From Octopus vulgaris (Eukaryota), in contig OX597815.1 in assembly GCA_951406725.2 (NCBI GenBank), positions 68,200,001 to 68,264,000 of the forward strand: 64,000 nt of DNA, in the 5' to 3' direction. The translations under genes were made by a program, and so were the position numbers. The notes under the pieces were generated by a model. It was not told where the DNA came from. It ran no database searches and worked only from the letters and a program-made list of their open reading frames with translations. This document shows positions 11,829-24,709 of the stretch, piece after piece; within the stretch, counting starts at the first letter, position 1, and every line of letters starts with the position of its first letter.

Positions 11829-14800
11829 TTTCAAATGAAAATATGTGTGATTTAAGGGAGATTTAGCTGTTGTTTCTTCCACATCCCATAACCATCTGGT
11901 ACTTTTCTCAGAATTGCATATGCAGACCTAGAGTAAAAATAAAATAAAATGTGAAAATTAATTCCTTGCTTTTAAGCATAAGACATAAAAAACATCTGTA
12001 AGTTACAGCAAACTTGTTAGTAGGAGAGAGAGGAAAGACAAAACAAACCTAAAACAAATATGTAAACAATAACAAATTATCTGACTATATTCAAAATCAG
12101 GAAAAAAATTACATCTGACTTTAATAGTTTTCAGTATTATGTTCATTGCACATTGTAGTTGCAGGCATGGCTCTGTGGTTAGGAAGTTTGCTTTCTGGTC
12201 ACATGGTTTCAGGTTCAGTCCCACTGTGTGGGCACTTTGGGCAAGTGTCTTCGGCTATAACCTTGAGCCAACCAAAGCCTTGTGATTGAATTTGCTGGGA
12301 AGAAGTTTCTGTTGGGTATGTACGTGTGTGTGTAAGTGCTTGTGTCTCCTAACAGAGAGGAGGGAATATAATTTTTATTGGTAAAATTTAACCAATATTT
12401 CTCAAAGGAAAACGAAATTTACTTGTACTAGGATATCTGCAAGGTTTGCTTAGCAGCTCTCCATACGCTGTTAAAGCAGCCAGAGGAAATAAACAACATT
12501 CTTAATATGACATGCTAAGTTTGGGCTCAATTTTGTGCTTTTTTTTTTTTGTAGAAATGTGTGTTTACTTAGTAATTAGCTTGTCCATTTCTTGAAATTC
12601 TTGCTCAAACTTGATATTTGAAGCTTTGAATTAGCATTCCATTTGACCTATTGCCACATACAGATATGTCAGTTTGGCAAGTAGGGTCAGTATACCACCC
12701 TTTTTACTGACATGCTTTTTCGCCATATCGTGGCTGGATTCAGCAACGACCATATTGAATTCTTGAGGAATTTATTTTTATGATATAAAAATCTCGAAAA
12801 TGTTCTTTTCAAGGTGAAAATGAATGATAAAATTTTCACTTTTATATTTTGTAATGATTATCTGACCTACACCCATCAATATTTATATCAAAATAAAGCA
12901 AAAGTATTCCTCTTCATGACTACATGATTTTCAACATGACTCCAGCACATTGAACTAGAACAGAGGCTATTGTTCAGCTGTCCAAAAAAAAAAAAAAAAA
13001 AATTAACAAACATTGTAGATGTGTGGAATTAACAGGTTGTTTGAGGGACCTTGACATGATATGTAACTGTCAGATTTTAATGAAAATTATATGAGAAGAA
13101 AGTTCCCGTCCAGAATTTTCAAATGGTATATAATTTTTCATGCGAAAAAATTATTTTGACATCAAAATGATGAAGCAAAAAGTGTGATTTTCTGTTCAAA
13201 CTATTCTTGTCTTCATTGTACGGCACTCTATAGTGATACCTATTTTATATTCTAAAAGTTTATTGATAATAACTTTTCTGCCTTGGAATGAAAAAGAATG
13301 CAGGTTATGTGATTGATGGTTTGAAGAATTTGAAGTTAGTTGTTGCTCATAGAATAGTTATTGGCCATCATCATCATTTGATGTCCACTTTTCCATGCTT
13401 GCATGTGTCTGATAAAATTTGCTGAGGCAAATTTTCTGCAGGTTTGTTGCCAAACCTCACATGTTCCCAAGCAAAGTAATATTTTCTCACAGCTTGACAT
13501 GTTTTACACAGAAGACTGAAAACAAACAACCTCACTTATATGGTGATGATGCTCATTTACAACCATCAAGTGATGTCTAGACAAGGGTATGTACACACAT
13601 GATAAGCTTCTTTCAGTTTCCATCTATCAGGTCCACTCACAAGGCTCTGGTTGGCCTGAGGCTATTATAGAAGACACTTATCCTAGAAGTTATGCAATGG
13701 GACTGAACCCAAGACCACTCAACTGGGAAACAAGCTTTTCAACCATGCAAACACTATCATGAATTTCATTTGAGTATGATGATTGAAGCGATGGATTATT
13801 GAAAGATGAATTTGAGAAAGTTATAATTACATGATTTTTTTTTATATGTATTTGTTTTCATTTTAAAGACCTTCATAGCCACATGCCCCCATCCATCTCC
13901 TCTCCCTACCATTTATGCTGATAACACTATTTTCATCATTCTGCCCACCTACACACACACATACACAAAGGGATTAAAAATCTAGGCAAATACTTTAAAA
14001 GCACTCTGTAGGAGTTGAATTTGACCAACTAAATTGTCCAATACAAGTCATTGTAATCTATGTATGCCATAAATTTACTTTCCATTGTTTGTCCAATTTG
14101 TAAAAGATCGAATAGATTCAGTATAAGGTCACCAGAGTATAGTAGAAAAGCACAAAAGAATGGAGGATTATGCATTCTAAATCACCTAACACATGTTTTG
14201 AATAGATGGGTAATTATATAATTCTGCTATTCAGTAAAAGTAATCATGCATATTAATCCCCTTTTTGACTGACTAAGATTCTACAGATTGAGATGTTTAA
14301 CACCATCTTATACTTATCAAATCTGCACAACACTGCTTGGAATGGAGAGCATTTTAAGGGAGATAGTAAAACTAACAATATTTGATCATTATAAAGTGCA
14401 AGAAGGTATATACTGGCAGATTTAAATTAGAAATTATATTTATCTGATCATGATAGAATTGTAATATGAAATGACAAAATTCCTACTGCATTTAAACTAT
14501 TTTTGACCACTTCAAATACAAAGAGAGGTATGTAGAGCTAAGCTGTTCATTAAATAATCAAATTGTAGAATTTTAAAATTTAAATAATAATAACAACAAT
14601 AATAGTGATAATTATAACAATAATTACAAGATTAAGATAAGGAAAATAATTAGATGCAATAAATATTAATATATCTACTAAATAATACTAGCTTTAAGTA
14701 TATTAAATATACTGGGCCAAGAAGGAAGACCCAACCTATTATATTAGGATACACTAAGTACTCCATTTATTTGGAAAGATTGTAAAGTTTCTAAATAAAT

Positions 14801-14867
14801 GTGAACATCTTAACAATAATTCATTTCTTTTATTCAATATGTTCTCTCCCTCTAGAGTGAAATGCAG

Positions 14868-15532
14868 ATTGTATGATGCCAGTGTGCAAACAGCCATGCT
14901 ATACAGCAGTGAAACATAGGCTTTGACCGTTGAGGCCATGTGCAGGCTTGAAAGAAATGAAGCTAGTATGCTTCACTGGATGTGCAATGTCAGTGTGCAT
15001 GTATGACAGTGTCAGTGACTTGAGAAAAAAGTTGGGCATAAGAAGCATCAGATGTGGTGTGCAAGAGAGACAACTGCACTGGTATGGCCATGTGATGCAT
15101 ATGGATGAGGACAGTTGTGTAAAGAAGTGCTGATCTCTAACTGTACATGTGGGAGTAGACCCAGGAAGACATGGGACAAGGTGGTGAAGTATGATCTTCG
15201 AACATTGGGCCTCATGGAGATGATGACAAGTGACCAAGACCTTTGGCAATATGCTGTTCTTGAGAGGACCCATCAAGCCAAGTGAAATCATAGCTGTGGC
15301 TGATACTGGTGTTACATAACTGGCACTTGTGTCAGTGTCATATTGAAGTATCTGCACTGGTGGTGTGTAAAAAGCACCCATTACACTCTTAGAGTGGTTT
15401 GTGTTGGGTAGGCATCCAGCCATAGAAACCATGCCAAATCAGACTGGAACTTGGTGCAGCTCTCCAGCTTACTAGTTCCAGTCAAATGGTCTAACCTATG
15501 CCAACATAGAAAGCAGCTGCTAAATGATGATG
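14868..15532 (+). mobile_element. RTE LINE 3' fragment (ORF end plus tail)
   Basis: MLYSSET.ALT..RLERNEASML.WMCNVS..LRKKLGIRSIRCGVQERQLHWYGHVMHMDEDSCVKKC..GRPRKTW, followed by the 3' tail. Confidence 0.9.
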
Positions 15533-16086
15533 TAAGGGTAAGTAGAGTTTCTTCAAGGCATGTTACATTTTAATTTCCAAACATTATGCAAATTTACTTA
15601 AATAAGCGGAGTTTTTTTTTTTTTTTTGTACTGTCTAAACAAAGAAATGTGATATCAATTCAACTTAAAATTAGTTGCACAAATATCTATACAATAATAA
15701 GTACATTCCCCTGTTGTTATTGAACATTTATAAACTAAGTTTGGTTTTCTAATGGACATTTTAGACGATTTTTACAATTCTATAACTGGTTAACCCTTTC
15801 GTTACTATATTTCTGACCAAAATACACCCCTCATGAGTTTCAATTAAATTCTAAAATAATCATGAATCTAGGCTTGTTTCATTAAATAACTGTAACTTTT
15901 TTTTACTTATCAACATATTAATGTGATATTTGGAACATAATTAAAGAAAGGGTCCTTAATCAATTCTATTGCATAACTTTTGTCTCAAAGTGACTTTAAT
16001 TACAGGTAAATCCAGGTAAATTGAGCAAAAGGTAAAAATATTAAAAGAAGAATTGTGCACATCACTATATCATCAGTTGAATTTAA

Positions 16087-17164
16087 CCCTTTCGTTACCA
16101 AACCGCCCAAAGACGTCCAAAAAAAATTTTGGTTAATGTGTCCAAACCCGCCCGTATTTACCTATTCATATTTAAATGAGAATATCAGAGCAAATCTCTT
16201 TAGTACATTCCTGAAAACACGTATTATACTTCGTAAACAGTTCAACTACAGTTTTGTACAACAATCGAAGTGTAATTTTAATTCCCTGAATTTTGGGAGA
16301 TTTTTTTCCGAAATTTGTTCCTATTGTGTTTTTAAAATTTGTAATTCTGACAAAAAATGGATACGAATTTCATTATATCAAGCAGCGAGTCAGAATTTGA
16401 AGGATTTTCTACTGAAGACCTTCATAAATCTAACTCTATGACTGAAAAAAAAAAGCACGTGGTATTTGATAATGAATCTGATGTTTCATTTTCCGAAAGT
16501 GAAAACAGTGAATCTGAGAGCTCCGACAGCGATAAAGAAAATGAATTGGCACCTGAATGGAGTGAAAATTTAAAAACTGTTTCTTTCGGTGATTTTTCTG
16601 AAGAAACTGGACCAAGCCACAGACTTTCCCAGGAGAGTAAAGCCTTAGACTATTTCTTTTTACTTCTTCGAATGAGCCTATTTGAAATCATTACGGCGGA
16701 AATGAACCGTTACGCTAAATGTAAACAAAGCGAAAGAAAGGATAGTTAGTGGTTTCCCACAACCTTAAATGAAATTAAGACTATTTTGCCATAAATATTA
16801 TTATGGGTATCAGAAAGTTACTCAGAATAACAAATTCTATCGTAAAATTTTGTTGTATACCCAATTTGAATATTAGCTAATAACCCATTTTCTATAGCGA
16901 TGTTTGAACAAAATTTTAATAATTTTATATTTTGTTGAATTTACCTGTATCTACCTGCAATTAGAGTCACTTTGTGACAAAAATTATAATATAGAATTGG
17001 TTGAGAACATTTCATTAAATTATCTTCCAAAAATTTCATTAATATATTGATAAATAAAAAAGTTATAGTTGTTTAATGAAACCAGTCTAAATTTATGATT
17101 ACGTTAGAAATTAATTGAAACACATAAGGGGTGTATTTTGGTCAGAAATATAGTAACGAAAGGG
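16087..17164 (+). mobile_element. piggyBac element (inner copy, same family, opposite orientation)
   Basis: TTAA at 16083-16086 and 17165-17168; TIR CCCTTTCGTTAC. Its ends are reverse complements of the outer element's ends. Confidence 0.9.
16357..16835 (+). pseudogene. piggyBac (PGBD4-like) transposase N-terminal fragment
   Basis: Acidic N-terminus SSSESEFEGFS.., then FSEETGP..ALDYFFLL..LFEIITAEMNRYA..*WFPTTLNEIK..INIIMGI; truncated. Confidence 0.85.
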
Positions 17165-18154
17165 TTAATGCACAACAGGTGTACCATAAAGGTGGAATAA
17201 AGTGAAATACTGGAATCCACCGTAAGTTTGACCGAACTAAAGAAATCGGTCAAAACATAATATACGGCCCTGATTATGGTATAGAAGTGATAAATTCCAG
17301 ACCACATCGTTCCCTAGGCCATGCTGACTAACATTATTTTCCCTGTATAGAAACTAAATCCACACAGTACCCAGTATTTGCTTCACAAATTTTCCGAAAT
17401 TTGAACCCCCATTTTGTGTTTGTTTACATTCTGCGTAAGTTTGTTTCCGCATTGATCGCTTCAAACAATAACTTCCAGACCACATCATACCCTAAGCCAT
17501 GCTGACTAACATTAGTTTCCCTGTATAAAAACTAAATCCACAACAATACCCAGTATTTGTTTCACAAATTTTTCAATTCGGAATCAATGCTTGATAACAT
17601 GAAACTCCTATCTATTTTCAAAGTTGAAGAAAAATCGATGCCGAAAAAAATGTGGAAAAAATCTCCCAAAATTCAGGGAATTAAAATTACACGTCGATCT
17701 TTGTACAAAACTGTAGTTGAACTGTTTACGAAGCATAATCACGTGTTTTCACGAATGTACTAAAGAGATTTGCTCTGATATTCTCATTTAAATATGAATA
17801 GGTAAATTCGGGCGGTTTGGTCACATTAACCAAAATTTTTTTCGGGCAGCTTTGGGCGGTTTGGTAACGAAAGGGTTAATCCTATTATTGAGAGATATTT
17901 TATCAGAAAAGTTCACATTTCATCTGTTATTAATATTAGATGTTGAGCTAGAAATCTTTTTTGCACTAATATATGATACGGCTGATATATGTTTTCCCAA
18001 TTCAGGCTGGTCATTTTGGATTTATTATATAGAACCCTAGGTTATTATCACTATTGTTCCTAATATCATTGTTACTATAATTATTATCATTATTCTTACC
18101 ATCATAATTATTATTACCATTTTCATAACTATTATTGTTATTATTTTTTTCTTT

Positions 18155-18775
18155 ATACGTTCTGAGTTCAAATTCTACCAAAGTCGACCTTGTCTTTCAT
18201 CCTTTTGGGGTCATTGTAATCGACTAGTTCTCTCTCCCAAAATTTCAAGCATTGTGTCTTCAGAAGAAAGGATTATTACTATTACTACTGTTGGCATTGT
18301 GCCAGAATTTGAAACCATTATTATTATTGAGGCAACGAGCTGGCAGAATCATTAGCACACTTGACAAAATGCTTAGCAGTACTTCTTCTGTTGCTACGTT
18401 CTGAGTCCAAATTCCATCGAGGTTGACTTTACCTTCATCCTTTTGGGGTCAATAAAATAAGTACCAGTGAAACACTGGGGTTGGTGAAATTGACTTATCC
18501 CCTCCCTCAAAATTGCTGCCCTTGTGGAAAAATTGGAAACTATTATTATTATTAAGGTGGTGAGTTGGCAGAATCAATAGCATGCCGGAATAAATACTTA
18601 GTGGAACTTCATCCGCCTGTATGTTCTGAGTTCAAATTTGGCCAAGGTCAACTTTGCCTTTCATCCTTTCTAGGTCAATAAAGTACCAGTGAAACACTGG
18701 GGTCGATATAATTGACTAGTCACCTCTCCCAAAATTTCAGGTCTTGTGCCTTTAGTAGAAAGGGTTATTATCATC
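18155..18775 (+). mobile_element. Head-to-tail array of tRNA-derived SINEs with (TTA)n tails
   Basis: One truncated and two full units: GGCAACGAGCTGGCAGAATCATTAGC..GAGTTCAAAT (B box)..GACTTTGCCTTTCATCCTT..GGTCAATAAA..GTACCAG. From memory the central block resembles the MetaSINE/Sauria-type domain. Confidence 0.75.
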
Positions 18776-18791
18776 ATTGCTACTTCTACCC

Positions 18792-19844
18792 TTATTACCT
18801 CCACCTTAGCAAAAGTGGAGGTATTTTTTCCAGTCACGTTTGTTTGTTTTTGTCTGTGGACAAGATATGTCAAGAACTGCAGGATGGATTCGGATGAAAC
18901 TTTCAGGGATGTTTGGCCTCATGACTGGCACAAACTGATTAGATTTTGGGATTGTTCCGGTACTGGACTAGGATTCTGGCTTATTTGTTATATTTATTTT
19001 CATTTATATGAAGTATTATGTTCACTTTCAAGTCTTTCTCTGATCATCTCCCTTGAAAGCATGCTCATGGTTTCCATGTAAGCTATGGCAGCATTACTGT
19101 TTCCAAAGCTTTTTCGTTTTTCTATTATAATTTTACTCACCTATCTATCTTAGTAGAAACTGATAGATAAAGAAATCATACATAAACAAACGGCACCAAA
19201 ACTGTTCCAAAATTAAATAACACTAACATATTTAGTAACAATAATAAATTTGATTTATCCTTAACAGTTTTTAGATTTACCAATTTTGAATATATCGCTC
19301 CTGTTTAAAACCTCTTACCTACTTGACAATTGCATTTCTAGCTCTGCCTTGAATTAAGCTTTACTTCTTGGACTTGCATTTTTGTGTGCAATGATGTTGG
19401 TAAACCTTCATTAATAGCACTGTATGCAGGTCCTTTCTGTTTTCTTTCTTGCATGAATAAAGTTTTCACTATAGACCTTAATGGTCGTAAAGACACTATA
19501 TCATTGGATAGACTAAAAAAGGCCTTCATAAAGAAAACTGTCTCTGTTCCCACTGCAGACGACACACACACAGAGCATTACAAACTCGGCCCGCACACCC
19601 ACTTTCACATTCCATGACTACAAGTGGAATCAATCGGGTACCAGACAAGGATTCTGGATTATTTTTCCGGTTTTTTTTTTTACTTAATTTTTGAGAGCAG
19701 TCAGGTTCATTTTTAGTATTCTTGTTTGTGAGAGCAGTCGAGTTTATTTCAGATATTCTCATTTTAAAAATCATCTCTGGCTAATCATTGAGAGGATGGT
19801 GGTGTTTCTTTGGAGGAGGTTTGTGCTCTGTGAGTGGTCTTGTT
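18792..19844 (+). mobile_element. Non-autonomous Helentron/HINE-like element with internal cargo
   Basis: 5' TTATT-ACCTCCAC-cttagcaaaa-GTGGAGGT hairpin followed by (GTTT)n; 3' GGAGGAGGT subterminal inverted repeat followed by a GCTC-tgt-GAGT stem-loop and a T-rich end. Confidence 0.65.
19400..19535 (+). pseudogene. Ty3/Gypsy integrase C-terminal (GPF/Y) fragment
   Basis: KPSLIALYAGPFCFLSCMNKVFTIDLNGRKDTISLDRLKKAF matches the recalled Gypsy pattern L.PPY.GPF.V..R..K.F.I..NGR.D.VSIDRLKPA. Confidence 0.7.
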
Positions 19845-21529
19845 ACTATTATTTTCTGAGTCAATCAAATATGAGATTGATTAATATGCATGATTACTAT
19901 ATCATAAGCTAATTAAAAATGTATAATTCTTCATTCTTTTGTGTTTATATGCACACACACATATACATACTCACACACACACCTATATACACATGCACAC
20001 TTCCTTCTGTATACTTACTAACTTCATCCTGTTGTGCTATCAGCCAGCATATACTCTCCTTTGAACCACCTCTCAACCTCCACTTGCTGCCATCTTGTCA
20101 CCCACTGCCCACCTAACATCATCCTTATATATTCCTGCCTCCTTCCCATCATTCTCTTCTTTCTTCCACCCTCCTACCTAATCTGGTCTTTCTGGTGTCA
20201 TTGCTCTCTCTCTCTCTCTCTCTCTCTCTCTTCACCTGAGCAAATATTCATTCCCTAGGTTATTGAGCACTTTCAACACTTACATTAATGATCCCTCCAA
20301 CCCATGCCAGCATGGAAGGTGGTTGTAAACTGGCAATGATTCAAGACAAAAAGTTAATTAGTTGAGGAGTCAACACCTGACACAAATTTTTTGAGTTTAA
20401 ATTCTACAAGTTTCACTTAATGCAATTTTCACTTCAAAATAAGTTATTTCAGAAAGAATATCTGTGTTCCTAAGTAAGATATCTTTTTAGCTCAGTCTGC
20501 TTAGCTAACTGTTGCTTCATGATTCATGTTATTAACAAAAAAAAAATGATTCAGTATTGTAGAATAGACCTCGGGTAGTAAGAAATTCTAGGGAGAGCTG
20601 AACAGCAGGTCTTCAGAGAAGCCCCACTTCATGCAAGTGTTTCAGCCCTTAATTAACTTCTTACACTCTGAGGGGCCAGGCCATCTGCAGGTCATGACAC
20701 CAGGATACCCCCTCTGCTGCCATATTCTGTAGCAGTTTGCATTACAACCTCACCATGTAATACTCACTAAACACAGTCCTATTATAAAGTTGATGGAGTA
20801 TCTATATAGTTGCCTACTAAGTTCAGTATTGCAGTTACTTCCTAGTATCTTTAAAATGAAGACCCTATGTTCTTAAATTTTAAATCTTAAAATAATATAC
20901 TCTTAATAAGGATGGCATGATCACTGTTAGAACACTGATTAACACTAATTGATGCTTAACTTAACTAAACTACTGTCTTGAATATTGTACAATTGCATAC
21001 ACATTATGATGCTAAAATTGCTAGTAGTTCCTTAACATCAGATCATTGTCTGTATTATAAATTTACTTAAGTACAGTTTTATGGTGTGCTACACAACAAT
21101 AGCAACTATTCTGCTATTATTCTCTCTAATTTTATTACCTGGCCTATTAAATTTACTCTTTCTGTGTGGTTCCCCTGCCTCACACACACTCATGCATGTT
21201 TTCCTTGTCTTTATAGCAGTTAATAATAGCACAGAATTGCTAATCAGTGCGATTAGCACCTTCGTTAATTAACTAATTAGCTAAACAAGTCAGAGCCATT
21301 TTACTTATTCAGATGCTTCCAGCCTCTTAGTTTATACTCTTGAGGCTCCTGATTTCACTATCTTAATTGCTTCTCATTCTACTATAACTATAGAGAGAAA
21401 AATGTTGCAAATCTTCATGCAGCAAAATATTGAGCAGCACAGAACAAATTCTGTAATATATTATTTTTATATAAAATAAATTTAACAATAATAAGTTCAT
21501 TTTTATAGATTTGTTTTCAGGAAATTTTG

Positions 21530-21560
<31 letters not shown>

Positions 21561-21939
21561 CAATTAATCAATCTCATATTTGTATATATATATATATAGG
21601 TGGTATTAAGTTAGATCATCTCCAATAATTTGTATCAAAGTATATATATATATACATACATACACACATACACACACACACACACAGTGTATATAATAAG
21701 GGGAAAGAAATAGTTGCTACATTACGATCTTTTAAATTGTTTTTTGAATTTGATTATAACTCATTGGCTTTCAGTTTCTCTCAAATTATTCTTCTGAGCT
21801 GTCTGTTATGATTATTTTGAGACTCCAGGCAAATAGATTTTTTTTAAATGGGAAATTGAGCAGAATAATTTCTTTACTCCTTTTCCTTAATTCAGTGTGC
21901 CATTAACTAAAAGACTATCTGAATATTTTCAGTTTTTGA

Positions 21940-21985
<46 letters not shown>

Positions 21986-22026
21986 TTACATGTGTATATT
22001 TTATATATCAACCTATATATATATAT

Positions 22027-22582
22027 ATATATAATTGTTAAAGAGGACAACAAACATCTCAAGTCATATACATTTTATTGATTTTTGATATGTTTGCGAC
22101 TATTTCTGGATATTGACAAAATCAGGACTTTAACTTACATGGATTTACACAAGATTATACCTCCTTACTTCTACATAATCAGAAAGTTGAACTGTGAACT
22201 TTTAGGTTTCTTTTTTCTTTTCTTTCTTCATCTCACTATTCCTTTTCTCCTGTCCTCTGTCATCATTTCATTAATCGATACCTTTCTCATTTTCCCTATT
22301 TGTCTTCGATGACAGAATATCCCATACTCTGGGATACCCCAGAAACAGCTGTAAGACTTGGAATTTTTCCCAATAATAATAATAATAATGGATATGACTT
22401 GAGGTGTTGTCTTGCCTTAGCATTTGTTGTCCTCTTTAACAATTATATATCCGCTATATCAGAAATCTACAATGGCTCCATAACTACTGTCTCAGCTATA
22501 ACCTTGGAGCCTTGGAAATCTGTAACAGCACTTACCTAGCATACCTAGTTGTTTAGATCACCTGTGAACTAAACCCCCATAT

Positions 22583-22583
<1 letters not shown>
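22027..22583 (+). mobile_element. Penelope-like pseudo-LTR remnant with short inversion
   Basis: 22027-22070 is the reverse complement of 22391-22450. It contains a decayed hammerhead and is homologous, inverted, to 24710-25110. Confidence 0.55.
22302..22357 (+). ncRNA. Degenerate type I hammerhead ribozyme
   Basis: GUCU-UCGAUGA-cagaa-UAUCCCA-uacuc-UGGGAUA-cccca-GAAA-CAGCUG-UA-AGAC. Stem I is GUCU/AGAC and stem III is the palindrome ACAGCUGU. The core is mutated. Confidence 0.55.
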
Positions 22584-22614
<31 letters not shown>

Positions 22615-22643
22615 CATATATATATATACATATATATATATAC

Positions 22644-22680
<37 letters not shown>

Positions 22681-22681
22681 T
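22583..22681. repeat. (TA)n/(TACA) compound microsatellite
   Basis: Direct reading. Confidence 0.95.
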
Positions 22682-23240
22682 GGTGCCACGTAAAAACACC
22701 CAGCACACTTTGTAAAGTAGTTGATGTTAAGAAGGGCATCTAGCTATAGAAACCATGTCAGATCAAACTGAAGTCTGGTGGAGCTCTCCAGTTTGCCAAT
22801 TTTGGTTAAACTGTCCAACCCATCCCAGCATTGGACAATGGACATTAAATGATGATGGTATACATATATATACATAGACTTCCTCAGTTTTCTGCCAGTT
22901 TCACTCACAGTATTGGCTGTCCCACAGCTATAGTTTAGGACATTATCTGACACCTATGTAGTATTACCAAAGCCCTAACTCTATGGTTCTAAAGCGACTG
23001 ATACAACCATGCCTGCATCTATCTAGCTATCTGCCCCCCCCTCCTCCAACACACTGGGGGAAAAAAACCCTACCAGATTTATTTATCATTCTTGTGTAAT
23101 ATAGCAATGGCTTTTTGTATCCAGGCCTGGAATGAACATGCTACCCTGTGCTTTTAAATTGTCACTCATGATTGGGTGATAATGTATGCTGTATCTTACA
23201 GCTGGCCAACAGATAACTGTCTGTAATTTACTTTGAAAGG

Positions 23241-23640
23241 TATATCCTGATAACTACTGGGTTTGTGGGACTGTGCACAAACCATGACCACTAAAATAAT
23301 ATTTATTGTGCAGGTCATTCAGCAAACCAAGACCCCAGCACCAATAACATCACATGTGGTGACAGGAACAAGTAGAAGATGCTACTGGAAGTTTTCAACT
23401 TTAATCCTTCACAATGTTAGACTGAAAACAATCATCACTATATGGCCACCTGTGTGCAGGGTCAAACTGAAGACATCCAGTAGCATTCTCTTCCTGTTCC
23501 TTTCACTGCTTTCCCTGCTGCCACTGGACTTATGAAGAAAGTGTGATGATATTGGTGTGGTAGTCTTGGCTTGCTGAGCAACTTTCATGATGAATATGGT
23601 TTGTGTGCAGTCCCACAAGCCCAGTAGTTATCAGGATGCA
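23241..23640. repeat. ~400 bp imperfect palindrome (MITE/foldback-like)
   Basis: Left arm 23241-23402 and right arm 23466-23640 are reverse complements (ATCCTGATAACTACTGGG..GTGGGACTG; ATGCTACTGGA), with indels. Confidence 0.8.
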
Positions 23641-23815
23641 GGATTTGTATGGAGTTAACATCTCTTAGATGAGGAACTAAAGGGCCTCATCTGCTTTGGG
23701 TCTGTTGGGATGTCTGTGAATGATAGGTGTATGCACGTGTGTGTGTATACACACGCACAAGCACTGTATGAAATGTGTGTGTGTGTGTGTGTGTATATAT
23801 ATACATACATACATA

Positions 23816-24687
23816 CAAAGTGTGATGGGTAAATTGTTGCCATTTCATTATTTTTAATTTCATGCATGTGCATTGTTTGTTTTTGATTTTGTCAACTACA
23901 CAGTATAGTAGGGTTCGTTGGGCACCATCTGAAACAAACGGCACCATGATGCAATTCACTCTACCAGAAGTTTGGAAATGACATGCTGTCCTGCTTGGCA
24001 TTTGCCCTGGAAACACTAAAGTGAACATTTTAGAGTGTTTGAGTGTCAATCTGAAGACATGTACTGGGAGCGATAAAAATCAAACATCCAGTCAACATTA
24101 TGGTGTTCAGAGTGATCACTAGTGATGGCAATGTTATGCCTCCATTCATCTTTCCACATGGCCTCAGAATCAACACAGAGGCTTACATCAAGGGCCTGGT
24201 GGAGGTCATGCTGCCCTGGGTCAAGAGAGTGGCTGCTGGAAGATACTATGCTTGGCAACAGGTCTCTGCATCATACCACACAAGCAGGAAAACCCAGTTA
24301 TGACTGTCAGATAATTTCTGTGACCACACTACCCCTAACATCTGGCCACCTAACTCTCCAGATTGCAACCCCCTTGATTATTATGTGTGGGGCACAGTTG
24401 AGCAAGAGACCAACAAAACTCTTTGTAACACCAAAGATGAACTGAAGGCAAAGATTATGGCAGCATTCACCAACTTAAACAAAGAGACTGTCAAAAAGAG
24501 TTGCAGGAGATTCCGAAGTCATCTTGAGGCCATGGTTGAAGCCAATGGCGATTTTATTGAATAAATTTACTCTTTAGTATTTCAAGATGTTTTCATGTAA
24601 TTTTGGTAAATATAGCTGTTAAAATGAGATGTCAGTGTTATTTTCATTTTTGCGTAATTTAGATGAGAGTTTATTCACTGCACCCTG
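23816..24687 (+). mobile_element. maT (DD37D) Tc1/mariner element, internally deleted
   Basis: Degenerate TIRs (TA-CAAAGTGTGATGGGTAAATT / TTTATTCACTGCACCCTG). Remnant 23946-24564 reads VMVFRVITSDGNVMPPFIF..WQQ(D>V)SA.HTS..WPPNSPDCNPLDYYVWG..EANGDFIE*, with 37 residues between the second and third catalytic positions. Confidence 0.85.
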
Positions 24688-24709
24688 TGTGTGTGTGTAT
24701 GAAGGGAAG

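Larger units (their letters stand above)
15794..17875 (-). mobile_element. piggyBac element (outer copy, internally deleted), interrupted by a second copy
   Basis: TTAA at 15790-15793 and 17876-17879; TIR CCCTTTCGTTAC. A minus-strand transposase core remnant at ~17230-17395 reads ICEANTGYC..FYTGK..GLGNDVVWNL..QGRILCFD.F..SVKL. Confidence 0.88.

Noticed and set aside
20625-20700. Minus-strand hammerhead-like string CUGCAGA-UGGCC...GGGCU-GAAA-CAC
   Set aside because: Core A6 is mutated and there is no clear stem III or NUH site. It could be an ancient relic but is not supportable.
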